Source of the DNA: Candidatus Heimdallarchaeum endolithica
GTDB taxonomy: Archaea > Asgardarchaeota > Heimdallarchaeia > Heimdallarchaeales > Heimdallarchaeaceae
Direction: 5' to 3'
Assembly: GCA_021513715.1 (NCBI GenBank)
Contig: CP084167.1
Span: 3,136,001 to 3,200,000, forward strand
DNA: 64,000 nt
This document shows, piece by piece, positions 11,191 through 21,503 of this stretch. How positions within the stretch are numbered: position 1 is the stretch's first letter; every line of letters starts with the position of its first letter. The notes beneath the pieces are model-generated. The model saw nothing but the letters and a program-made list of their open reading frames with translations, was not told the origin of the DNA and searched no databases. The position numbers and the translations under genes are program-made.

Positions 11191-12504
11191 TTGAATTACT
11201 TTCCCAAAATCTTTTATTCTTTTGATTCACCTTGTATTCAAATGATAAATGAAGAAATGAAAGAATTTATGCTAAATGATTCAGTAGAACGCTTTATTAA
11301 ATATGTTCAGGTTGAAACTACTTCTGACGAAAATTCTTCGTCTAATCCTTCAACAAAAGAACAATTAGAGTTAGGTAAAATACTTGTTCAAGAACTAGAA
11401 TCGTTAGGTCTTAAAGAAGTGGAACTTGATGAATTTGGTTATGTATATGCTACACTTCCTGCAAGTGAAGGATATGAAAACGTTGAACCTATTGGTCTTA
11501 TAGCACATATGGACACTTCTCCTGCAGTATCAGGGAAAAACGTTAAGCCTATTGTTCACAAAAATTATGACGGTGGTACAATTACTTTTCGTAAAGATCC
11601 AGAGTTAACTTTGTCAAAAGAAGACTCAAAGGAATTAGAAGAATATGTGGGTCTAGATATAATTACAGCTTCTGGAGATACTCTTTTGGGCGCAGATGAT
11701 AAAGCTGGAGTAGCTGAAATAATGACTGCATTATCAACATGGCAAAAATATCCCTCTTTGAAACATGGAGAAATAAAAATATGCTTTACACCAGATGAAG
11801 AAGTGGGTAGAGGAACAGAGAAAATTAACAAAGAGAAATTACCTAAATACTGCTACACCTTTGATGGTGGAGAAATGGGTGAGCTAGAAATAGAATGTTT
11901 TGACGCTTGGTCTGTAAAGCTAACATTTATTGGACTAAGTGTTCACCCTGGATATGCAAAAAACAAAATGATTAATGCAGTAGATGTTGCTTGTAGGTTC
12001 TTCTCTCAGATCCCAGAATATGAAACTCCAGAAAGAACTGAAAAAAGAGAAGGATTTTACCATTTGCACAATCTCTCAGGTAATGCAGAAATTGCAGAAG
12101 GAAAAATGATCATTAGAGATTTTGATGTAGAAAAGAATGAAAAAAGAATAGATTATATCAAATCACTAATATCAGCTTACAAAAAAAGATATCCTGGTTT
12201 AAAAATCGAGTTGGAGTACAAACATAGCTATGAGAATATGAAAGTTTATCTTGAACCACATAAACATATCGTTGATCATGCTGAAAAAGCAATTGAAAGA
12301 GCTGGATTAGAAGTGAAATATACAGCAATAAGAGGGGGTACAGATGGTGCACGATTGTCTGCTCAAGGAATACCTACCCCCAACATCTTCGCTGGAGGTT
12401 TACTATTTCATTCAAGAAAAGAATATATTCCTACTCTCGCTATTCAGAAAGCAGTAGAAGTAATCATTTATTTAGCTGAAGAATGGTCTAAAAAACCTAA
12501 TTAA
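11191..12504 (+). CDS. pepT: Peptidase T (M20B tripeptidase); real start probably ~11257-11269
   Basis: IAHMDTSP, TLLGADDKAGVAEI, FTPDEEVGRG, HPGYAKNKMINA, IRGGTDGARLS, PTPNIFAGG.FHS. Confidence 0.95.
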   Translation: MNYFPKIFYSFDSPCIQMINEEMKEFMLNDSVERFIKYVQVETTSDENSSSNPSTKEQLELGKILVQELESLGLKEVELDEFGYVYATLPASEGYENVEPIGLIAHMDTSPAVSGKNVKPIVHKNYDGGTITFRKDPELTLSKEDSKELEEYVGLDIITASGDTLLGADDKAGVAEIMTALSTWQKYPSLKHGEIKICFTPDEEVGRGTEKINKEKLPKYCYTFDGGEMGELEIECFDAWSVKLTFIGLSVHPGYAKNKMINAVDVACRFFSQIPEYETPERTEKREGFYHLHNLSGNAEIAEGKMIIRDFDVEKNEKRIDYIKSLISAYKKRYPGLKIELEYKHSYENMKVYLEPHKHIVDHAEKAIERAGLEVKYTAIRGGTDGARLSAQGIPTPNIFAGGLLFHSRKEYIPTLAIQKAVEVIIYLAEEWSKKPN

Positions 12505-12511
12505 TCTTTTT

Positions 12512-13144
12512 TTATTCTTTCAGAAATGGTAGTATTCTCAAAGCTTTTGAAATAATACCCACAATACCTCCCATTGTTTTTGCAATTGCAACAACAAGTT
12601 CTGCTTGCTGCCATGAGTAGTTATTTGATAATACATTAAATTGAATTAAACGTATATGCTCGTTAACTGCGAATTCTAGCTCTCCTAAATGCCAGTTTTT
12701 ATTATTGTTTTTTGTTTTAGAACTAAAGTTAGCAATCTCTTTTAAGAAAAAATTGACAGAATAGCTCACAGTCTTATTTAGAGAAATAAGTTCATCCATA
12801 GCAATGTTAGAAAGTTCATACTGTCTAATTGAAAAAAAGGAGTGTAGAAGATAAAAATTAGAAGAAACTTCTTTTAAGTAAGTAAAAAATGTTTCATACA
12901 TAAACAGAGTCTTATTGTCCTTTATAATACTATTTGCTAAAACAAATGATATTTCATCAATGAATCGATGGACATTTTCATAATATTGTTTCATTATAAT
13001 ACTTCTTTCCTCAAAGTTAGGAATAAAGTATAACGTTTGAGAAATTAATTCTTCCATTCTTTCAAAAGTTGTAGCTGCAATACTCGAACATTGAAGTAAA
13101 GAGCTTATAAATTTAAGTTTATTCTTCGCTTCTTTTTTCCCCAT
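12512..13144 (-). CDS. Hypothetical alpha-helical protein (possibly PhoU-like bundle)
   Basis: 210-aa ORF with amphipathic helical pattern; no diagnostic motif. Confidence 0.45.
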   Translation of the reverse strand: MGKKEAKNKLKFISSLLQCSSIAATTFERMEELISQTLYFIPNFEERSIIMKQYYENVHRFIDEISFVLANSIIKDNKTLFMYETFFTYLKEVSSNFYLLHSFFSIRQYELSNIAMDELISLNKTVSYSVNFFLKEIANFSSKTKNNNKNWHLGELEFAVNEHIRLIQFNVLSNNYSWQQAELVVAIAKTMGGIVGIISKALRILPFLKE

Positions 13145-13232
13145 ATTTTTCCCCGTAATATAGACTTTAAATATTTAAAAATATTAAATTTTCGGAAAGC
13201 AAAGTATAATTATAGAAATAAAAAAAATAAAG

Positions 13233-13265
13233 AAGGAACTTGAATCTTTTAAGATTCATTTCCTT
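13233..13265 (-). terminator. Possible terminator hairpin downstream of the EEP gene
   Basis: aaggaa..tgaatctt-tt-aagattca..ttcctt inverted repeat, followed on the minus strand by T-runs. Confidence 0.35.
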
Positions 13266-13276
13266 TCCAAACATCT

Positions 13277-14635
13277 TTATTCTTTTTTGCATGAATTCAC
13301 GATATAGAAAAATGAAAAAGTTGGTTCTAATGAATATTGAATTTGCTTCTGTACCATACTTTTTTCTATATGGAAAATATTTAGTTTTTGAGAAATTGAG
13401 ATCTGATCAGTAAAATTGATACTAATAAAAGCATCTACAGAATAGTGATCTGAACCTGTATCTGCGTGAGGAGTGTCTCCAGTTGTTGAATTAATAAGGC
13501 TTTTTGTAAAAAACTGGTTAACTATAATATAATCAATTCTTCCAATTGATGAAGGGTTTTCTGGTCCAAATGAATAACCAGGGACTGTAGGGTTTAAAGT
13601 TCGAAAAACATCAGTGAAATTATGAATCTTTGAGGAATACTGTCCATACTTTGTGTCATTTGGGTAGAGTAGCATTCTCATTGGCCCATCTCCTAAATCA
13701 ACTTCAGGAGCTAGTTCTCCCACATCATCAGGGCTATGGCTATTGAAATCACCTAAATAGATGATAGGAACTAAACCTAATTCATCCATATAGTTAATTA
13801 TTCCTTCTTGCTCAAATTCTCTTCTCTGCTCATTTGTGTCACCCTCACTTGCTTTAAGATGTGCACCTATAATATGCACTTCTATACCACTGATATTAAC
13901 GACTCCTTCGATAAAGTCATGTGTAGGGTGATAAGTTTCTCCATTGTCTAAAGTTAGAGTGTCAATCTGGTTGAACTCAGTAATTGGATAACGGCTAACG
14001 ATTGCTTCTCCACTGGTTGAGTAAGAAATTCCTTGAGCTGTGTATCCTCTGTAAGGAGCTTCTTTTAAGAAATAATCATTAAAAACATTAAGGTATTGGT
14101 AAAAACTACGATTGCCTGCATTATCCCAATCTCCTGTCTCAACAAAGAGACAAATGTCAGGATTTTCTTCTTCAACAACTTTAATCCAATCTGGTTGCTT
14201 TCCGCTTTCTAAAATATTGTAAGTCATTATTTTAAACGCATCATCTGGAGGAGCATATTTTATGTTGTCTACAATTACAGTAACATTTTTTATATTACTA
14301 TTCTTATGCCTATCAGTTGCTTTAACAGAAATGGTGTGAGCACCTTCTTCATAATCAGAAGTATCCCAGATATATGAGGTAGTAGTAGAAACTAAAATGT
14401 TATCAATATATAACTCAATTTGTAATTTATTCTGCTGCGTTGTGTCGTCAACAACTTCAAAAGAAATATTGACTAGATTATCTACTATTTGAGCAGGAGT
14501 AGGGTTATGATATGTTATTCTTGGAGCAGTTACATCTTTATTAATTGTTATTGATAGTATTATTCCAAGAACTATACATGAAATAACAAATAAAACACTA
14601 AAAATGATTATTGACTTTTTTTTCATCTTATTCAA
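13277..14635 (-). CDS. Membrane-anchored Ig-like plus endonuclease/exonuclease/phosphatase (EEP) family protein
   Basis: N-terminal TM; DVTAP..YIDN..WDT..GAHTI Ig module; MTYNI, SRYPI, HLKA, GDFNS, RIDYI and SDH catalytic motifs. Confidence 0.85.
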   Translation of the reverse strand: MNKMKKKSIIIFSVLFVISCIVLGIILSITINKDVTAPRITYHNPTPAQIVDNLVNISFEVVDDTTQQNKLQIELYIDNILVSTTTSYIWDTSDYEEGAHTISVKATDRHKNSNIKNVTVIVDNIKYAPPDDAFKIMTYNILESGKQPDWIKVVEEENPDICLFVETGDWDNAGNRSFYQYLNVFNDYFLKEAPYRGYTAQGISYSTSGEAIVSRYPITEFNQIDTLTLDNGETYHPTHDFIEGVVNISGIEVHIIGAHLKASEGDTNEQRREFEQEGIINYMDELGLVPIIYLGDFNSHSPDDVGELAPEVDLGDGPMRMLLYPNDTKYGQYSSKIHNFTDVFRTLNPTVPGYSFGPENPSSIGRIDYIIVNQFFTKSLINSTTGDTPHADTGSDHYSVDAFISINFTDQISISQKLNIFHIEKSMVQKQIQYSLEPTFSFFYIVNSCKKE

Positions 14636-14682
14636 GTTTGAAAGCTCATTAGTGCTTATAGGTTTTTTCTATATTACTTGAA

Positions 14683-16044
14683 TTATGCTTTTTCTTCTTG
14701 TTTTCTCCATTTAAAGGAAAGTATTAGACTATTTTCTGATAGGAATAAAAGATTGATTGCAGCAAGTGCAATGGATATTATGATAAACAAGAGGGGAATA
14801 GAATAATCAGCAATGTATCCGAATAAAGGAGCAATTGCTAAAACAATTATGGATTTCAATTGCGATTCTGCACTCAAGATTGTAGCTCGTTGTTCTTTTT
14901 TCATTATTGATCCTAAATAGTCAATAACAATTGGTCTTCTAGCATTTGCAAAAACGTAAATGATTAAATAAAGAAAGACTACTACAATTGGCAATTGTAA
15001 CCAAATAAAAGCTGCAGATAATATTAACACTATCGAAAAAGAGTAATAGATGATGTCCATTGTCTTTCTTGAACTTTTGAACAAATTCTTGATTTTAAAT
15101 GCATTTCTGGAAGATATTGAAGAAAGAAGATAAAAAGAGGAATAAAGAACACCTAAGATAATTCTTACCAAGTTATCTTCAGAAATATCAATTGAAGATA
15201 GACCAAGATTAATGATCATTACAGCAATAAATACCTTAACTATTGGCTGAATGTAGTCTTTAATTGATTTATAGACCGCATCATAAGAGGAAGAAGAAAT
15301 TATTCCTCTCCGTAAGTCTCTGTTCTTGAGAGAAACAAAGAGATCTCTGAAACCTGAAACAAATTCTGAAAAAATGCTCTTTCCTTCTTGAAGATTCTTT
15401 TTATTCATATAAGAAGGATAAGTAGCGATTAGAATTAAATCTGCAAGGTAAGGAACAATTGCAAAGGGAAAGACATATCTAGGTTCTGGAGCAAAAATAA
15501 CTAGAAAAATTGACAAAATTCCGTTTAAAGTAGAACCTATAAGAGACCATGAACGAGTAGTCCCATAAACAAAAGATTTGAATTTAGAATAGTTATTTTC
15601 ATCCATCCAGTACAAAATCATAGCTTTATGTGTTCCTGAGCGAAAAGCCTCCCCCATTCCGAATAATAATGGACCTATAGCAAGAAAAGCAAAAGAGTGA
15701 ATAAGGTTACCTAAAGCAAAAAAGTAAACAATAAATGATGCAATATAAAATAAAAAGCATAACATTAACTCATTTTTTTTGCCAAATTTATCAGCAATAA
15801 TCCCACTTGGAATCTCGAAAACATAGGTAATGATTTCCTGGATAAGAAGTAATAATCCTATCTGGAAAAGATTTAACCCCCAAGCAAGAAGAAGGAGTAA
15901 AATGTAGGGTTCATAAAATTTTAAATTTTTGAAAAAACCGTAAAGGCGAAATTTAATCATAATTGGTTCTTTTAATATTTTTTTCTGAATTTTCCTTTCC
16001 TCATCTTTTTTGTTCATTATGTCCCCTTCGAATGAATAGCACAA
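14683..16044 (-). CDS. MFS transporter
   Basis: FEIPSGIIADKFGKK motif, GEAFRSGTHKA, ~12 TM, QRATILS. Confidence 0.9.
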   Translation of the reverse strand: MCYSFEGDIMNKKDEERKIQKKILKEPIMIKFRLYGFFKNLKFYEPYILLLLLAWGLNLFQIGLLLLIQEIITYVFEIPSGIIADKFGKKNELMLCFLFYIASFIVYFFALGNLIHSFAFLAIGPLLFGMGEAFRSGTHKAMILYWMDENNYSKFKSFVYGTTRSWSLIGSTLNGILSIFLVIFAPEPRYVFPFAIVPYLADLILIATYPSYMNKKNLQEGKSIFSEFVSGFRDLFVSLKNRDLRRGIISSSSYDAVYKSIKDYIQPIVKVFIAVMIINLGLSSIDISEDNLVRIILGVLYSSFYLLSSISSRNAFKIKNLFKSSRKTMDIIYYSFSIVLILSAAFIWLQLPIVVVFLYLIIYVFANARRPIVIDYLGSIMKKEQRATILSAESQLKSIIVLAIAPLFGYIADYSIPLLFIIISIALAAINLLFLSENSLILSFKWRKQEEKA

Positions 16045-16210
16045 ATTAGTTTTTTAAAGATTCTTAGTTCTACAGATTAATTCTAGGACATTTTTTTCCT
16101 TATTAAACTGGTTTTTAGCAAATTCTAATGAAAAAATTGTTTTTTGATATCCCATATTTTTTTCTCTCTTATCGTTCAGGTGTAATACCCATATGGATTT
16201 TAATTAACAC

Positions 16211-16462
16211 GTGAATATTTTCTCAGTTTTTAAATTGAAATCTTTATTATGTTTCATGATGGAAAAGAAACAACGTTCCGAACAAGTAGTAAAACTAGTA
16301 AAATGCAGTGTAGATGGAGATGAATGGTTCGATATCTCTGAATTACTAGCTCTTTGTGCGATAAATGAACATTATGCTTCAAAAGATTTAGATGCTATAT
16401 TAGACAGATATAATAAAGGACACATCATACCTGTTGAATACGTGTTATATAAAAAAGAATGA
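16211..16462 (+). CDS. Small hypothetical protein
   Basis: Protein-like composition from MMEKK; first gene of a co-oriented run. Confidence 0.45.
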   Translation: MNIFSVFKLKSLLCFMMEKKQRSEQVVKLVKCSVDGDEWFDISELLALCAINEHYASKDLDAILDRYNKGHIIPVEYVLYKKE

Positions 16463-16480
16463 AAGGATAATCTTTTCTTT

Positions 16481-17734
16481 TTGTATTTCCTAAAAAAATA
16501 TAAACTGTTTCTCACATTTTATTTTATGGAAATTCCTGAGATTTATGCTTTTATTGTAACAAATAATAGTGGAGTACCAAAACTTTCAATAGTTTTTGAT
16601 GAAAAATTTAAAGTTGATGATGTACTTTTTTCAGGTTTTATTTCGGCTATAATTCAATTTCTCTCTGAAATCCTTTCTTCAAGAGAAATGCATACTCAAT
16701 TTGCTCAAGCTGATTATGAAGGATTAATAACAGAAATTGGTGAAAATTATTATTGTCTTGTAGGAAATAATATTTTTTCTTTTCATTTTGACTTCTATTA
16801 CCAATTATTTTCATTCATTGAAAAAGAAATATCAAGTGAAATTGTAGATGAGAACAAAATAAATCAAGTAAGATCGTTATTGATGAGTGCAATTTATACC
16901 TATTCAAATCCTGAATTGGTTATTCCATTTAAGGTGGAGGAAAGTAGTGATGAAGAACTTTGGGTAAAAGAAGCTGAAGTTTTTTACAATAGTATTGATG
17001 GAAATTCTAATTTGAAGGAGATCTCGTCGAAAACAGGAATAAGTATTGATAATATTTTTGGATTTTTTATAATTTTACAATGGTTAGATCTTATTTCCTT
17101 TAAAATCGAAGTGCGTGACTATCTTATCTTAGAAAAGTCTGTAGGTTTTATTATTGATAATACAATTAAATCGCAATACAGAATTACAAATGAAATTAGT
17201 GTTGAAGCGTACGAAATTTACAAAGTAATAAATGGAAAGAAAACTGTATCTGAGATTAAGAAACAATTTCCCACTTTAGATGTTAAATTAATCATAGAAG
17301 ATATGTTAAGAATGAATATAGTAAAAACTGTTTCAGAAACTAAAGCTTTAGCTCTGATAATTTCTGACTACTTTAACTTTCTTATCACAGAAATGAAGAA
17401 TTACTTTAGTGAAAAAGAAGTAAGAGAAATGTCTAATAAAGCAATAGAGGAAAGTAAAGCAATCTTTCTTTACCCAATTGAAAATATAATCTCACCTGCT
17501 GATTTTGAGCAAATATTAGTATCACTAAAGTCTGAAGGTTATTCTTCGATTGAGATAGTGAAAATTTTTATTAATCCAGTAAATGTAGTTAATTCCATTC
17601 TTAGGCAGAAGAACAAAAATAATAGTGTAAAAATTTTTGCTACTGTATTTAACAAACTGATAGAAAAACACGGCTTTACGTTGGAAAGAATGGGTTTTTT
17701 GCCTGATTTTTGTCCAGAAGAATATCTTTCTTAA
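16481..17734 (+). CDS. N-terminal longin-like domain plus two winged-helix-like modules plus helical C-terminal domain
   Basis: IVTNNSGVPKLS...DDVLFSGFISAIIQFLSEI (longin-like); IDGNSNLKEISSKTG and INGKKTVSEIKK (wHTH-like). Confidence 0.6.
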   Translation: MYFLKKYKLFLTFYFMEIPEIYAFIVTNNSGVPKLSIVFDEKFKVDDVLFSGFISAIIQFLSEILSSREMHTQFAQADYEGLITEIGENYYCLVGNNIFSFHFDFYYQLFSFIEKEISSEIVDENKINQVRSLLMSAIYTYSNPELVIPFKVEESSDEELWVKEAEVFYNSIDGNSNLKEISSKTGISIDNIFGFFIILQWLDLISFKIEVRDYLILEKSVGFIIDNTIKSQYRITNEISVEAYEIYKVINGKKTVSEIKKQFPTLDVKLIIEDMLRMNIVKTVSETKALALIISDYFNFLITEMKNYFSEKEVREMSNKAIEESKAIFLYPIENIISPADFEQILVSLKSEGYSSIEIVKIFINPVNVVNSILRQKNKNNSVKIFATVFNKLIEKHGFTLERMGFLPDFCPEEYLS

Positions 17735-17785
17735 AAGTTCGTTTGAGAAACAATAATCTTTATTACTCTTTTTTCCCATATCAAT

Positions 17786-18526
17786 TTGATATCAATGTCT
17801 GAATATGATGAGAATAAAAGCCATGAAATAGCCCCTGGAATTTATTGGGTTGGTTTCGCAGATAAAAATGCAGGATTTTCTAACAATCCTTACTTAATAA
17901 TAGATAGCGATGGAACAGGGATTCTTATTGATCCTGGTTCAAGAGCAGATGAACATTTCAATATTGTGAAAAGAAAAGTTGGAGAACTAATTTCCTTTGA
18001 ACAGATTAAATACATCATAGTCCACCATCAAGATCCTGATCTCTGTGCTTCTATTCCTCTTTTTGAAGAATTAATTGGAGTAGATAATGTTAAGATAATA
18101 ACCACTTTGAGAACAAGTTTATTTATTCCTTATTATGGGAGCAAAGCTGAAATTATAATTATAGAAGATGGAGATGAGTTTGAACTTCCTTCTGGACGAA
18201 TTTTAAAATTCATTACTACTCCTTATGTTCATTTTGCAGGTTCATTTGTAACCTTTGATACAAAAGAACAAGTTCTCTTTAGTAGTGATATTTTTGCTGC
18301 TTTCAGTTTCGAATGGAAGTTATATGCTGATGAAAATTATGTTCAAGCAGTAAAAGCTTTTACAGAACCATATATTGGTTGTAAAGAACCAGTAGTTTCT
18401 GCTGCTAAGAAAATGTTAACTCTTCCAATCAAAATTATAGCTCCTCAACATGGGTCTGTAATTAAGGAAGATCTTGAGAAGTACATAAACGCATTGTTTG
18501 AAATGGAATATGGAGCGTGGTTATAA
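17786..18526 (+). CDS. Stand-alone di-iron MBL-fold protein (ODP-like; flavodiiron N-domain without flavodoxin)
   Basis: EIAPGIYWVG, NPYLI, LIDPG, HHQDPDLCAS, PYVHFAGSFVTFD, LFSSDIF, IAPQHG; only 246 aa. Confidence 0.8.
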   Translation: MISMSEYDENKSHEIAPGIYWVGFADKNAGFSNNPYLIIDSDGTGILIDPGSRADEHFNIVKRKVGELISFEQIKYIIVHHQDPDLCASIPLFEELIGVDNVKIITTLRTSLFIPYYGSKAEIIIIEDGDEFELPSGRILKFITTPYVHFAGSFVTFDTKEQVLFSSDIFAAFSFEWKLYADENYVQAVKAFTEPYIGCKEPVVSAAKKMLTLPIKIIAPQHGSVIKEDLEKYINALFEMEYGAWL

Positions 18527-18828
18527 TGGTTTCAAAGCAAGAAGCTATACTCCTAATAATTGAGAGAGGTACAGGTGTAATAGGACCTGTAAAGATGATG
18601 TCATTAGTTTCTGAAGCAGGTATAACCTTAGAAGATGGTAAAGTTGTCTCTCAAAATATAGATGAAAGTTTTAAGAAACTAACAGAAAGTTTTGCTTCAA
18701 TTGCTCCAACAACTAGAATAACACTGTTATCTCTAGCTAAAATGCATGGTTTTAGCATTGAAGAAAAAAAAGAAAAAAAGAAGAAAACATTTTTACGATT
18801 TAAAAACTGGAAACTTTTTAGACGTTAA
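18517..18828 (+). CDS. Small helical hypothetical protein coupled to the ODP gene
   Basis: taATG overlap with the ODP stop (probable start 18526); basic C-terminal tail. Confidence 0.6.
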   Translation: MVIMVSKQEAILLIIERGTGVIGPVKMMSLVSEAGITLEDGKVVSQNIDESFKKLTESFASIAPTTRITLLSLAKMHGFSIEEKKEKKKKTFLRFKNWKLFRR

Positions 18829-18946
18829 ATTATAATTTCTCATTTAAAATATTTTTTTTCATCTATTTTAAAGAATAAGAACTTTTCTTACTTGTCTGTT
18901 TTTGAGCAAAAATTTATAAGAAACAAAAATATTCTCCCTACAACTT

Positions 18947-20266
18947 TTGAAAAAGGTTAAAATAATGCAACAAAAGTTCCAGAGAATCCAAGAACTAGAT
19001 TTCATTCGAGGAATAGCTATTTTGGTCATGTTAGCTTTTCACAGTTCATATTATTGGGACTCAACAATGTCTAGTGCTGAGATGAATATTTGGCTAAGCA
19101 ACCCACTAGCTATTTTTGCTTTGTTTATTGGTAAGTTTGCTGGTATTTTTGCTGTTATTTCTGGAGCTGCTAATGCAATTAGTATTAGTGCAAGAGTAGA
19201 AAATAAAAAAAACAAAATAAGAGGAATAATTTATAGTTCTTTTATCGCAGGATTGTGGATAATATTTATAGGAAGAATACATGCATCAATGTTCAATCAT
19301 ACAATTAAAGGGGATCTAGTGACACCTTATCCTGATGGGCCAGAACAATATAGCCTTCTTGTTGGAAGTATTCAAACAGGAGAGTTGCAATTTCCATCTG
19401 AATTTATTTTAATTTTTAAGAATACTGCTCTTTTTGTTATTGGAATGAGTGTAATGTGCTCTGGAGTTTTTTTTGCCTTATTGTCAAGGAAAAATAATCA
19501 TGAAAAAATTAAGCGAAATATGATAGTCATAGGTACTGTGGCTACAATAGTAGTTTTAGCAACAGAACCTTTAAAAATTTGGCTAAGACCAATTTGGGTT
19601 AACTACGCACTTAATCATCAATATGTAAAAGGATTTTTGCTAGGTTTCCTAATAGGAGATAGTTATCCTTTCTTCCCTTACGCTGGTTTTGCTTTCTATG
19701 GAATGATTTTTGGAGTAGCTTATTATCATCAAATAGATAGAAAAAAAGTAGCTAAAATAGGAGGAGCTGTAGGCGGAGTTTACTTGATTTCAGGGATAAT
19801 TTTATTGATTATCCTAGGTCATCCTGATATTACTGAAGTTTTTCAGACATTGTCAATACAATGGAACCTTTCACAAATAGGGTCAATGATATTAGTAATG
19901 ACACTCGTTTATTGGGTTCACTTTGATATAAAAATGTCAAAAATTAAAAGAATTTTCCGCTCGCGATTTGTTCGTCGATTTGGTCTTCAAACATTAACTG
20001 TATTTTTCCTAGAACCTATAGTAGGAACATCAATAAAGGCTTATGTTTTAGATAAACTCTTTCCAGGCTGGTCAATTCATTTGGCATTAGCATTTGTTTA
20101 CGGGTTATCATTAATATTTTTATGGTTTTTAATTTTGAGGGGATGGGAAGAAATAGGCTTTATTGGTTCTTTAGAATGGATTACAGCAAAAGTGTTAGGA
20201 TGGTTAACTTTTAGAGAACCAACTAGGCTAAAAATAAAAGAAAATCTTTACTTTGATTCTGAATGA
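18947..20266 (+). CDS. Multi-pass membrane acyltransferase-like protein (HGSNAT/DUF1624-like)
   Basis: RIQELDFIRGIAILVML N-terminal motif, YPFFPY, GSLEW; many TM segments. Confidence 0.7.
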   Translation: MKKVKIMQQKFQRIQELDFIRGIAILVMLAFHSSYYWDSTMSSAEMNIWLSNPLAIFALFIGKFAGIFAVISGAANAISISARVENKKNKIRGIIYSSFIAGLWIIFIGRIHASMFNHTIKGDLVTPYPDGPEQYSLLVGSIQTGELQFPSEFILIFKNTALFVIGMSVMCSGVFFALLSRKNNHEKIKRNMIVIGTVATIVVLATEPLKIWLRPIWVNYALNHQYVKGFLLGFLIGDSYPFFPYAGFAFYGMIFGVAYYHQIDRKKVAKIGGAVGGVYLISGIILLIILGHPDITEVFQTLSIQWNLSQIGSMILVMTLVYWVHFDIKMSKIKRIFRSRFVRRFGLQTLTVFFLEPIVGTSIKAYVLDKLFPGWSIHLALAFVYGLSLIFLWFLILRGWEEIGFIGSLEWITAKVLGWLTFREPTRLKIKENLYFDSE

Positions 20267-20353
20267 ATAATTTATTCTTTCTTATTAGCTATGTTTTGCC
20301 TTTAATTTTTTACTAAGTTAACATTTAATAATCACTGTTATCAATAAAGTATT

Positions 20354-21433
20354 GTGGTTAATTTAACATTTAGTACTCTTATTATGTTCATATCAACAAT
20401 ACCTGAGTTCATTGCCTTAATTATGTGTTTGATAAACTTTAGGAGAAAAAGATATTTACATTATTTGTATATGTTTGCGACTTGGTTCTTTCTTTGGTTA
20501 GGAAATCTTTTTTTAGCAATTGGATATTTAACTTTAAATCTTATTGTTTATAAAATAGGATTATTTGTTACCATACCTCTAACTTTTTTTATAATGCTAC
20601 TTGTTGATTCAATCTCAAGAGAATCAATTGACCCCTTTAAATTGTCAGTTGTTATGATAGTTTCGACTTTAGCTTTTGCTTTTGGTCTTGAGAAAGATGT
20701 GGTAAGGTTGAATGTTTCTAAGTTGTGTGAAACAGGACCTAGTGTTGTTGGAAAGTTCAATTACGCTCTTGCTGCTTCTTTTTTAATTTCTTCAATACTT
20801 TGGTTTTACTATTTCTTGATTTTATATCTAAAATCTCCCAAGAGTCTGAAAAGAATTGCTCTTATTAACCTTTTAGGAGCAATAATAGGTGGTCATTTAG
20901 CTGGTTTAGCTTATGCTACTGGACTTGTTTGGTATTTACCTGGAACTGATTATTTCTTAATAGCAATTGGTGCTTTATTAACTACGTATAGTTTCTCAAA
21001 AGAACCGAGACTAGGTTATATCTTGCCTTTTAAAGTCTCAAGACTTTTATTAATAGATGTAGAATCAGGCTTACCTTTATTTTCTCACACTTGGGACAAT
21101 TCAAGATTAGTCGATAGTTACTTATTTTCTGGAGCAATTCACGGAATTACACAAATATTAAAGGAAAGTCTTCATAAAGGGATAGTTAAGGAGATTGTGT
21201 TAGAAGAAGCTTCCTTAATTATCAAAGTTCCTGAGCAAAAAGATTATCCTATCGCTTTTGTTTTGATAACAAATAAAACAAGCGCGATATTATCTCAGTC
21301 ACTAGAACTTTTGGAAGAGAATATTACAAGGACTATTCCTAAAGAAAAAATAGAAGAAATGACAATTAACCAATCATCAAATCTTGGAAATTATATAAAT
21401 TCTGCCTTCCCTTACGTTGTATCATACACCTAA
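20354..21433 (+). CDS. 7-TM membrane protein with C-terminal longin-like domain
   Basis: Seven hydrophobic segments, then LLIDVESGLPLFSHTW...DSYLFSGAIHGITQILKE...VKEIVLE. Confidence 0.7.
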   Translation: MVNLTFSTLIMFISTIPEFIALIMCLINFRRKRYLHYLYMFATWFFLWLGNLFLAIGYLTLNLIVYKIGLFVTIPLTFFIMLLVDSISRESIDPFKLSVVMIVSTLAFAFGLEKDVVRLNVSKLCETGPSVVGKFNYALAASFLISSILWFYYFLILYLKSPKSLKRIALINLLGAIIGGHLAGLAYATGLVWYLPGTDYFLIAIGALLTTYSFSKEPRLGYILPFKVSRLLLIDVESGLPLFSHTWDNSRLVDSYLFSGAIHGITQILKESLHKGIVKEIVLEEASLIIKVPEQKDYPIAFVLITNKTSAILSQSLELLEENITRTIPKEKIEEMTINQSSNLGNYINSAFPYVVSYT

Positions 21434-21503
21434 ATAGTTACAAAGCAAGAAATTGTTTTTAGGACAAAAAAAATAATAGAAATACTCGCAATATTTCTAC
21501 TTT

